Assembly (NCBI GenBank): GCA_964489425.1
Contig: CAZAYP010000002.1
Location: 82,725-146,724 of the forward strand
Length of the DNA stretch: 64,000 nucleotides
DNA from: an uncultured Verrucomicrobiota bacterium
GTDB taxonomy: Bacteria > Verrucomicrobiota > Kiritimatiellia > RZYC01 > CAZAYP01
Direction: 5' to 3'
The position numbers and the translations under genes were made by a program. Positions within the stretch are counted from its first letter, which is position 1. Each line of letters starts with the position of its first letter. The notes under the pieces are model-generated. The model had not been told where the DNA came from and searched no databases. It saw only the letters and a program-made list of their open reading frames with translations. Below, piece after piece: positions 1 to 7,858 of this stretch.

Positions 1-390
1 AGCTTTGCCGTGTGGTTGGCGTTGCGGCGGGTGCTGGCGGAAGCCGACTTGGCCATGTGGCTGGGACTGCGCCGGGTCAGCCGCGGTGCGCTCCTGACCC
101 TGTTGCTGGTGTTTGTCATATTGTTCGGGCACCTGGTGTTTGACTACTTCGGGTTCACCGTGCCGAAGTATCCGTCCGGGGTCCGGCCCCCGCTGATGGG
201 GATCCCGCTGTTCTGGCCTTTTTATGAGAATTGTTATTGTTCGTCATGGACGTTGTTCCCGCCCATGGCGAAGAACAGCCTGGCGGGCCTCTTCAGCTGG
301 CAGAACCTGCGCGTGATAGTGATTGAACTGGCGTTGAGCGCCCCGCTGGCCGTGGGGGTCCTGTGGTGGAAAAGCCGGCGCCGCGCTTGA
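1..390 (+). CDS. 3' fragment of a hypothetical membrane protein; the ORF is open at the window edge
   Basis: Frame-1 ORF runs from base 1 with no upstream start. It has hydrophobic stretches (LLTLLLVFVILFGHLVF, LALSAPLAVGVLWW) and a stop at 388-390. No family recognised. Confidence 0.35.
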   Translation, partial: SFAVWLALRRVLAEADLAMWLGLRRVSRGALLTLLLVFVILFGHLVFDYFGFTVPKYPSGVRPPLMGIPLFWPFYENCYCSSWTLFPPMAKNSLAGLFSWQNLRVIVIELALSAPLAVGVLWWKSRRRA

Positions 391-434
391 GGCCGGCCGC
401 CGGCTGGCGCTTCTGACCCGGCCCTGACGTACCC

Positions 435-833
435 TCAGCCGCGGAACGGGCGCGCGGCCGGAGGCTGTTCCTCGATCACTTTCCTCTGGATATGGTCCAG
501 GTATCGGTCCGCTTCCTCGACGCTGGTGAAGATGGCTTCCTTGGGCAGGATCTCGGCGATCTCAAGGACCTTGGCGATCTGGGGCTGCACGTTGGTCATG
601 AGGAACGACCCGTCGCGCTGCTGCATGGTTTTGCGGGCTTTGAGCAGGACGCGCAGCCCCATGCTGCTGATGTACTGGAGTTCCGCCAGGTCCAGGATCA
701 GGCCTTTGGCGCGGCCGAAGAGCGCCGCCATCTGCTCGTCGCACAAGCGGTGGGTGTCCGTGTCCAGACGGCCCTTGAGCTTGACAATGTAAATAAACCC
801 CGGCCGTTCCTGGATGTTGATGGCAAGTGGCAT
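435..833 (-). CDS. STAS-domain anti-sigma-factor antagonist (SpoIIAA/RsbV-like)
   Basis: 132-aa product MPLAINIQERPGFIYIVKLKGRLDTDT...LILDLAELQYISSMGLRVLL matches the STAS fold pattern (tandem beta-strand start, conserved S/T, GLxxL). ATG chosen at 833 inside the longer ORF 435..932 because its N-terminal extension is Pro/Arg-rich junk. Confidence 0.8.
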   Translation of the reverse strand: MPLAINIQERPGFIYIVKLKGRLDTDTHRLCDEQMAALFGRAKGLILDLAELQYISSMGLRVLLKARKTMQQRDGSFLMTNVQPQIAKVLEIAEILPKEAIFTSVEEADRYLDHIQRKVIEEQPPAARPFRG

Positions 834-858
834 GGGTGGTTCCTTTCCCCGGGCAGGG

Positions 859-1200
859 TCAGCTGCAGGCCTCGACGGCGGCCGGCACATCTTCGTAAAT
901 ATCGAACACCTTGAAGGCGCGGGTGATCTCAAAAACCATGCGTGGCTTTTTCTGCAGGCGCGCGATCTTCAGGTCGCCGCCCTGTTCGCTGATGCGCTTG
1001 AGCGCGGCCATTAAAACCCCCAGGCCCGCGCTATCCATCACTGTCACGCCGGCCAGATCCAAAACGTAGTTCTTGATGCCGGGTTCGGCCCGGACAATGT
1101 TGAGAAACTGCTCGCGAAAATCATCGGCCGTGGCCGCGGTCATCGGTTCCGCCACCGCCAGTATACCCACTTCGCCTTGTTTTGAAAACATCACCGCCAT
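859..1200 (-). CDS. STAS-domain anti-sigma-factor antagonist, second tandem copy
   Basis: 113-aa product ...GILAVAEPMTAATADDFREQF...YVLDLAGVTVMDSAGLGVLMAAL. GGAGGG ribosome-binding site 6-9 nt upstream of the ATG at 1200. Confidence 0.8.
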   Translation of the reverse strand: MAVMFSKQGEVGILAVAEPMTAATADDFREQFLNIVRAEPGIKNYVLDLAGVTVMDSAGLGVLMAALKRISEQGGDLKIARLQKKPRMVFEITRAFKVFDIYEDVPAAVEACS

Positions 1201-1408
1201 GGCCTGCCCTCCTTAAAAAGTGGATTCACTATGGCAGGTGCGCCTGGGCCTTGCAATCCTATATTTGCCGGTTGCAATACGCGCGCGGATGCTGGGCCGC
1301 GGCATCCCTTGGGTGAGCGCCAAGATATCCGGGGCTGAAAAAAGTTGCGCTATCCATAGTGCGCGGACATACTGCTGCCTGGCTTTACCCAATGGAGGAG
1401 GTTGTACC

Positions 1409-4400
1409 ATGAAAAAATATATTTCATCGATTTCTGCAAGCGGGTTGCTGCTGTGGCTGGCGCTGGCAGGGGCGGTGCAGGCGGAATCCTACCGCGGCGA
1501 TCTGAACGCCTGGGGCACCAGTTGGATGGCCCAGGACACGGCGTTTGGGAGCCTGTGGAAGGTGACCGTGACCGCGGCCGCCACGACGGCCACCTCCACC
1601 TATAAATTCGATCAGGATGGCGACTGGAACCCGCAGTGGGGCATGCGCACGGGCTACACGACCAATGCCGTGGCCAACAGTTCCATCGGCCGCACGCGGG
1701 CCAGCCTGGATCTCGGCGGGGATCCGGGCAACCACACCAACAGCGTGAGCGCCGGAAAACGCTACACTTTTGTCATGGAAGGGGCCCCGGATTGGTGGGA
1801 CCGGCGCTACGTGATCATGGAGACGGATGCGGACCCCATCAACATCCTCAACGTGTTTGATGACAGCGCCAACCGCTGGACCAACAGCGTCACGGTCAAC
1901 ATCCAGCTCAGCGCTAGCAAAAGCGCCCAGGAAACCATCTGGGTGCGGTTCAGCAAGGACAGTTGGGCGTCCAGCCAACTGGCGCCGCTGGCGGCCGGGT
2001 CGGGCACAAACTACGCGGCGACCATCTCCGGCACGCCGGCCGGGACGAACGTGTCCTACTACGTGTTCACCTCCACCATGCCTTCCAACATCCTGCCCAA
2101 CTCCTTTGACCTTTGCACCCTGCGCGGCAAGACGCTGGGCCTCGGCACCAACTATTCCTACAGCACCGCGTTCGGCAACTGCTGGCACTTTCCCGGCAAC
2201 GCCGAGCCCTCGGGCGCGTACATGCGCAATCCCACCAACCCGGCGGCCGACGAGGCCGTGTTCATCTACACCGGCAACTATGTTCCGGACGGCAACCAGA
2301 CTGGCGGCACGCTCTATTACCGCAAATCCGATGTGGCGGCCTGGACCGCGACCAACTTGAGCTACGATTCACTCAGCGGCGACAACAAGTATTGGAAAGC
2401 CGATATCCCGGCGGCGACGTACAGCGCCGGCGACACGGTCCAGTACTACCTGGCCGTCACCTATTCCGACCGCTGCCCAACCTACCTGGGCACGACCAAT
2501 GCGGGCGTGGGGCTGGTCAAGTACGGTTACGCCACCAACGCGCAGCTCCGCCCGTTTTCGTTCACCTACACGGCCCCGGTGGCCGACCTGGGCAACGCCT
2601 GGCACATGCCCGACAACTACGAGCCTGCCGGCGCCTACATGCGCAACCCGCGCACCCCCTACACCAACGACGATGTCTACGTGTATAACGGCAACCAGTT
2701 CCAGGGCGGCGGAAACCCCGGCGACCAGACGGGCGGCACCCTGTATTACCGCTTGCGGCCCGCCGGCGGCTGGCAGTCCACGAACCTGGCGTTTGACCTT
2801 GAAACCGGCAACAACAAGTACTGGAAAAGCATGATCCCCAAGGGGACGTTCCGGGCCACCAACGAGGTCGATTACTACCTGAAAATCACTTACAACGATC
2901 ATGACGATACCTATCTTGGCACCACGAATAGCGGGACATCCTGCCAGACGTATTCCCTGGCCGCGGACGCCCAGGCCCACCCGTTCATGTTCGCCTATGG
3001 CGGCGACCCGGGCACCGAGGCGGGGTTCATGTGGCACGCCAGCAACCGCGTCAGCCTCGGCAGCGGCAACGTTCAGGTCTGGGTCAAAATTGGCTACGCC
3101 CAGGGCAGTGGCTCCAACCGCTGGGTGGACAACGCCGTGATCTATTACACCACCAACGGCACGGACCCGGCCATCACCGGCAAGGGCGTGCCTGGCAATG
3201 CCAGCACCTTCGTCCAGGCCATGACGTTTGACCACATGGAAGAAGACTCGTTCGAGGACGGTGACGCCATGTGGTGGGTGGGCACGGCCACCAACCTGCC
3301 GCAGAGCGACGGCTCGGAAATCCGCTACAAGATCGGGTCATGGAACGGATCGGGCACGGAGCGGTTTGCGGAATACAACAGCGTGGGCGGCACGCCCAGC
3401 GCCATCTTCAACTTCTCGCTGTTCGTGGCCGGCGCCGCCAACCTGATGGTCAACGGCAAGAACGCGGACTACACCGCCACCAAGCTGTTCATCGATGAAA
3501 TCGCCGGCGAGACCCAGGCGGTTGTGGTCGTGTACACGCCCGGGGTCGGTGGCGCCTCCAACGTGCAGGTGTACTGCAACCTCAACCGGCGCGACCAGGT
3601 CAATGTGGACTACACCAACCAATACATCCGTGCCGACGGCTATGCCGACGGCATCAAGCCGCCCGATGGCAACCTGATCACGCCTGCGGATACCGGGGCA
3701 TACTACACGGCTTTTGCCATGACAGCGGGCGGGGGCGGCACGTACTACTGGACCGGGCGCGTCACCCGCTGCGGTGCCTACCGCATCACCGCCCGCTACC
3801 AGAAGGACGCGCCGGCGGCCACCAACTGGACCTGGTACTCCACGGGCAGCATCCGTGACCACGCCGTGGTGGTGTCGCCCCGCAAAATCCATGAGCTGAC
3901 CATGTACGAGCTGAACACGCTCACCATCAAGGCGGCGGGGGATTCCGAAGGCGGCCGCAGCACGTTCAAGGACCTGCTGGCCGGCGACCAGGACAGCTTT
4001 ACCAACTTCAACCTGGGTTACCTGAACAAGATCCAGGCCAACTGCCTGTGGTTCCAGCCCATCCATCCCAATGCCGAGACCACGCGCGGCAACCCCGGCG
4101 CCTGCGTGCCCGGCAGCCCGTATGCCACGCGCGATTACTTCGCGGTCTCGAAATGGTACGGCGACGCCACCACCGAGGACGACGCGCTCGCGGAGTTCAC
4201 CAACTTCGTGGCCGCCTGCGACGCCTATACCGGCACCGTCGGCACCATCAACATCATGCTCGACGGCGTGTTCAACCACACCGCGTGGGACGCCGAGTTC
4301 GGCAACGCCGGCGTGACCTTCGGGTTCGCCACCAACAAGGACGACAAGATCGGCTGGTTCAAGCCCTCCTGGTATTCGCTCTGGACCGATTACGGCGAGC

Positions 4401-6361
4401 CGGGCACGTACTTCCACACCGTGTACAGCAACGACTTTGCCACCGCGCCGGACCGCGGCGACTTCGGCAAGTGGGACGACGTGACCGAGTTGTACTACGG
4501 CAAGTATAGCGCCCTCGTGCGCCACAACCCGGACAACAACGGCGACTACCTGAACGAGGGCGACGTGTATGACTTCACCGGCATGGGCACCAACACCATG
4601 GACCTGTGGAAATATATCGGCTACTACCCCGAATACTGGCTCCGGCAGACCGGCCACTGCGGCACCAACAGCAGCCCGGTGGACGGCGCATATGCCGCGC
4701 GCCTAGCCCGCGACAACCGCGGCCTGGACGGGTTGCGTTGCGACTTCGGCCAGGGCCTGCCGCCCCAGGCCTGGGAGTACATCATCAATCGCACGCGGAG
4801 CATCAAGTGGAACTTTGTGTTCATGGCCGAGACGCTTGATGGCGGCGTGCCGGGCTATCGATCCAACCGCCACTTTGACGTGCTCAACGAGAACCTCGTG
4901 TTCAAGTTCACCCAGGAGCACATCAGCAACTCGTGGGAGTTCCGGCAGGCGCTGGAAGACCGGCGCACCTCGTACAGCGGCGGCGCCATCCTGCTCAACC
5001 TGACCGGCCACGACGAGGTCATGCCGTACAACGACTGCTGGATGACCGCGTCGCGCTACGGCGCCGTGTCCATGGTGGATGGCATCCCCATGATTTTCTA
5101 CGGCCAGGAACAGGGCATCCAGGCCTACGCGGGCAACGAGGGCTCCATCGCCAACACCGGGTTCAAGAAGTTCGAGCTGAACTTCGGCAAGTACATCCCG
5201 GACTTCAAACAGTGGAACCAGCTCACCGTCTGGCAGCAAACGCCGCCCAATAGCGTTGGGATGGCGCAGTGGTACGGCCGGGTCAACTGGGCGCGGCTCA
5301 ACAGCGCCGCGTTGCAGAGCCCCAACCGCTACTTCTTGAGTCGCACGGCCGGCGGCGATAACGCGCGCATCCTGGCCGTGGCCAAGTATGAGAGCTACGG
5401 CGCGTCACCCACAAACAGCGACGTGGTGCTGGCGTTTGCCCTGATTCTGAACGACACGCATGACGACGCCAGCGACACCTACGACCTCCAGGGCGCCTGG
5501 GCTTCGCTGGGCATGAGCACGTCCAAGTATTACAACGCGCGCAACCTGGCCGCCAGCGACGCATCCGCGTACCTGTGGCCTTCCAACAGGCTCGGCGCGG
5601 AGATCTATAACAACGGCATCTGGGTCAACCTCACCTCGGACAAGAACGGGCACACCATCACCGACGACGGATCCCTGGTCCAGTACCTCAAGGTGGAGGA
5701 GTTTGATCCGCCCTCGGAATACAAGATTGTGGCCACGGCCGGCGCTAACGGCACCATCACGCCGTCGGGCGACGTGCTGGTGCCCGCCGGCGGCAGCACC
5801 AGTTTCGTGGTCCGGGCGGCCACGTTCTACCGCATCGCCGCCGTGGCGACCAACGGCAACGCGATCAGCGCGGTGTTCAACAATACGTCCACCAACTACA
5901 CGTTTACGTGGACCAGCGTGAACGCCACCGGTGTCATCGCCGCCACCTTCACGGACCAACTGGCCTCCAGCAATACGCCCGTAGCCTGGCTGGCCGGCTA
6001 TTATCCCGGCGCCACGAACTACGATCAGTTGGCGCTGAGCGATACGGACAACGACTTGCTCGCGGCCTGGCAGGAGCGGATTGCCGGCACCGTGCCGACC
6101 AACCGCCTCTCCATGCTCGAGGCCACCGTGAACTACAACGCTGCGCCCGGCGTGCCCAACGTGGTGCGCTGGACCGGCTCGGACCAGGCGGGCCGCATGT
6201 ACCGCGTGTACTGGGGCGGTGACCTGTTCCGCGGCGTGACCAACCTGGCGCAGGACAACATTACCAACGCCTACCCGGCCTTGAATGTCTACACCGATGC
6301 GGTCCGCGGCGCCACGGCCACGGGCATCTTCTACCGGATCGGCGTGCGGATTGCGAATTAG
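1409..6361 (+). CDS. Giant secreted GH13-family alpha-amylase-like glycoside hydrolase with N-terminal triplicated beta-modules and a C-terminal FN3-like module
   Basis: ATG at 1409 preceded by GGAGGAG; signal peptide MKKYISSISASGLLLWLALAGAVQA. GH13 catalytic regions DGVFNHTAWD, GLRCDFGQGLP, FMAETLDG, LTGHDEV. Three ~140-aa repeats starting WHFPGN / WHMPDN / MWHASN (about 2170-3350). The ORF-track start at 1220 is an unsupported upstream extension. Confidence 0.9.
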   Translation: MKKYISSISASGLLLWLALAGAVQAESYRGDLNAWGTSWMAQDTAFGSLWKVTVTAAATTATSTYKFDQDGDWNPQWGMRTGYTTNAVANSSIGRTRASLDLGGDPGNHTNSVSAGKRYTFVMEGAPDWWDRRYVIMETDADPINILNVFDDSANRWTNSVTVNIQLSASKSAQETIWVRFSKDSWASSQLAPLAAGSGTNYAATISGTPAGTNVSYYVFTSTMPSNILPNSFDLCTLRGKTLGLGTNYSYSTAFGNCWHFPGNAEPSGAYMRNPTNPAADEAVFIYTGNYVPDGNQTGGTLYYRKSDVAAWTATNLSYDSLSGDNKYWKADIPAATYSAGDTVQYYLAVTYSDRCPTYLGTTNAGVGLVKYGYATNAQLRPFSFTYTAPVADLGNAWHMPDNYEPAGAYMRNPRTPYTNDDVYVYNGNQFQGGGNPGDQTGGTLYYRLRPAGGWQSTNLAFDLETGNNKYWKSMIPKGTFRATNEVDYYLKITYNDHDDTYLGTTNSGTSCQTYSLAADAQAHPFMFAYGGDPGTEAGFMWHASNRVSLGSGNVQVWVKIGYAQGSGSNRWVDNAVIYYTTNGTDPAITGKGVPGNASTFVQAMTFDHMEEDSFEDGDAMWWVGTATNLPQSDGSEIRYKIGSWNGSGTERFAEYNSVGGTPSAIFNFSLFVAGAANLMVNGKNADYTATKLFIDEIAGETQAVVVVYTPGVGGASNVQVYCNLNRRDQVNVDYTNQYIRADGYADGIKPPDGNLITPADTGAYYTAFAMTAGGGGTYYWTGRVTRCGAYRITARYQKDAPAATNWTWYSTGSIRDHAVVVSPRKIHELTMYELNTLTIKAAGDSEGGRSTFKDLLAGDQDSFTNFNLGYLNKIQANCLWFQPIHPNAETTRGNPGACVPGSPYATRDYFAVSKWYGDATTEDDALAEFTNFVAACDAYTGTVGTINIMLDGVFNHTAWDAEFGNAGVTFGFATNKDDKIGWFKPSWYSLWTDYGEPGTYFHTVYSNDFATAPDRGDFGKWDDVTELYYGKYSALVRHNPDNNGDYLNEGDVYDFTGMGTNTMDLWKYIGYYPEYWLRQTGHCGTNSSPVDGAYAARLARDNRGLDGLRCDFGQGLPPQAWEYIINRTRSIKWNFVFMAETLDGGVPGYRSNRHFDVLNENLVFKFTQEHISNSWEFRQALEDRRTSYSGGAILLNLTGHDEVMPYNDCWMTASRYGAVSMVDGIPMIFYGQEQGIQAYAGNEGSIANTGFKKFELNFGKYIPDFKQWNQLTVWQQTPPNSVGMAQWYGRVNWARLNSAALQSPNRYFLSRTAGGDNARILAVAKYESYGASPTNSDVVLAFALILNDTHDDASDTYDLQGAWASLGMSTSKYYNARNLAASDASAYLWPSNRLGAEIYNNGIWVNLTSDKNGHTITDDGSLVQYLKVEEFDPPSEYKIVATAGANGTITPSGDVLVPAGGSTSFVVRAATFYRIAAVATNGNAISAVFNNTSTNYTFTWTSVNATGVIAATFTDQLASSNTPVAWLAGYYPGATNYDQLALSDTDNDLLAAWQERIAGTVPTNRLSMLEATVNYNAAPGVPNVVRWTGSDQAGRMYRVYWGGDLFRGVTNLAQDNITNAYPALNVYTDAVRGATATGIFYRIGVRIAN

Positions 6362-6539
6362 CCGGACCTGGAACTTCGTCATGAAGCGCCAATGCGGCAC
6401 CGGGTGGCGCATGAGGACCCATGCCCTTGGTCCCCCGACATGGTGCGTGGTGGGTTGGGGCCGTATATATTGATTTGCAGAATAAATGTCCGAATTTCCA
6501 GAACCAGATTCTCTCGCAGGGTCGCTGAGCCGCAGAGAT

Positions 6540-6615
6540 CCAGATCCTGCCCTGCGTCTCCGCGGGAAGATATTCCGGTCCCGATTCCTGCATGGTGGGC
6601 TGGACTACCGCTGAA
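6540..6615 (+). repeat. Repeat family rep2, left part, interrupted by MITE copy A; the remainder lies at 6823-6850
   Basis: About 90% identical to 25612-25716 (ccagatcc..gatatt..ggtcccgattcctgcatggtgggctggactaccgctgaag.tctgaagccag.tgggg). Confidence 0.7.
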
Positions 6616-6822
6616 CCTAAATGCAGCATTTGAATTAACTACGAAACACGCGAATAACGCGAAACTCGTTGCCGCAGAAAGAAGAGCGGACACAAGTTGA
6701 GAATAACATCGTTCACCTGTTGGGTGAAGGAAGAATTCGATCCATTGCCGTACATATTTAGCAGAGAGTCAAAGGGATGCATTCGCGTGATTCGCGTGTT
6801 TCGTAGTTCATCTGCTCTTTCT
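6616..6822 (-). mobile_element. MITE-like non-autonomous element, copy A (about 207 bp, 27-bp subterminal inverted repeats)
   Basis: Reverse complement of 31488-31695. Subterminal inverted repeats aactacgaaacacgcgaat(a/t)acgcgaa / ttcgcgt(t/g)attcgcgtgtttcgtagtt. About 45% GC in a 65% GC background. Inserted inside rep2, possibly with a gctgaa target-site duplication. Confidence 0.75.
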
Positions 6823-7165
6823 AGGCTGAAGGTCTGAAGCCAGATGGGGCGAACGGTCCCCGTGAGCCGTCCGGTCTTTCCGGACAATTATTATGAAAAA
6901 CCCTACAACAGGCAGATTTCAATCGGGAACTCAGGAAAGCCGGAACGGAGCCTGCATGTCTTTGAAAACCAGCAGGGATCGGCCGTCTTTTCCAAGATTC
7001 TTGCGTTCCAGATTCGTCAACGCTGCCTTTCATCAAGAACGACTGTTACCCCTTGCCATTGCGGGTGTTGACAGGGGAGATGAAATGACCCTGCGAAAAG
7101 CCGTATCCAGCTTGCACGCACGGTGGCATCGGACGCGCGATGCCCATTTTCCCGTGCTTTATTTA

Positions 7166-7194
7166 TTGCGGTGGCGGTAGCTTGTGGCTATACA
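7166..7194 (+). promoter_or_regulatory. Candidate sigma70-like promoter (TTGCGG-17-TATACA) for the small gene at 7231
   Basis: Hexamers 7166-7171 and 7189-7194 with a 17-nt spacer, about 37 nt upstream of the ATG in a lower-GC tract. Sigma-factor consensus for this taxon is unknown. Confidence 0.25.
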
Positions 7195-7230
7195 TGCCAA
7201 GGAGAAGCGCCTGTGGATAAGGAGGAGAAT

Positions 7231-7599
7231 ATGGAAACCAAATTGACCGTGATCGTTGGACTGGTGGCGGCCGTGTTGGCTGGGTATGTCGTGGCGGCGG
7301 CTGAACCCAACGCTGAACCGGCCTTCAAGGGCATGGAACTCTATTCATGGAAACCCGTCGGTGAAGATTGGTACTTCAGCCTTCTCGTGGGCACGAACAG
7401 GGAAAAGTCGGAAGAAGAAATCAAGACGCCGGAAAACACCATCGTCGGCTGGGAAGCATTGAAGAAACGCCTTGAGCAACTCGCCGCGGGCGAACAAGTG
7501 TTTTGGCGGAATCTGGCGCAGGAAGCCGTGCCGGAGGCCCGGGTCCAGGAATTGAAGTCGTTTTGTGCCGGGATCAAGGTCAGCCTGGAACAGCTATGA
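7231..7599 (+). CDS. Small secreted hypothetical protein (122 aa)
   Basis: AAGGAGGAG ribosome-binding site at 7219-7227; signal peptide METKLTVIVGLVAAVLAGYVVAAA; good codon bias. No family recognised. Confidence 0.7.
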   Translation: METKLTVIVGLVAAVLAGYVVAAAEPNAEPAFKGMELYSWKPVGEDWYFSLLVGTNREKSEEEIKTPENTIVGWEALKKRLEQLAAGEQVFWRNLAQEAVPEARVQELKSFCAGIKVSLEQL

Positions 7600-7629
7600 G
7601 CACGGTAAAGAGCGGCCTTTATAGCCGGC

Positions 7630-7728
7630 AGGCGGCGTCGACGGAGCGCCGCTCTCCACCTGAGAATAATGATCGCGCCGATGGAGGGCGCCGCTCCGTC
7701 GGCGCCGATAACGGACCATCATTCTGCA
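7630..7728 (+). repeat. Repeat family rep3, copy 1; a ~100-bp structured element immediately 3' of a stop codon
   Basis: About 93% identical to 25351-25455. Internal complementarity cgacggagcg...cgctccgtcg and agaat(a)atgat...atcattct. Confidence 0.7.
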
Positions 7729-7858
7729 ACTCCCAATAAGCCGTTCTGACAACTGAACCCATGGTGGTTCCTGCTGGTCTTCCTCGATGCGGACAGATCC
7801 ATTCAACATGGATAGCCAGGATGTTCAGGATGCTTCGACTGCATTAGGTTCAACTGCG

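Noticed and set aside
1220-1408. N-terminal 63-aa extension of the GH13 gene in the ORF track
   Set aside because: The internal ATG at 1409 has a GGAGGAG ribosome-binding site and starts a canonical signal peptide. The extension has neither.
6130-6361. The hypothesis that the terminal FYRI module is a T9SS-type C-terminal sorting domain
   Set aside because: The overall pattern is equally consistent with a truncated FN3 fold, and the module also occurs near the N-terminus of the LamG protein. T9SS is not otherwise indicated. It is kept only as an open possibility within the finding above.
6893-7180. 95-aa plus-strand ORF in the low-GC region between MITE A and the small gene
   Set aside because: No ribosome-binding site, atypical codon usage and a low-complexity basic translation; more likely a regulatory region.
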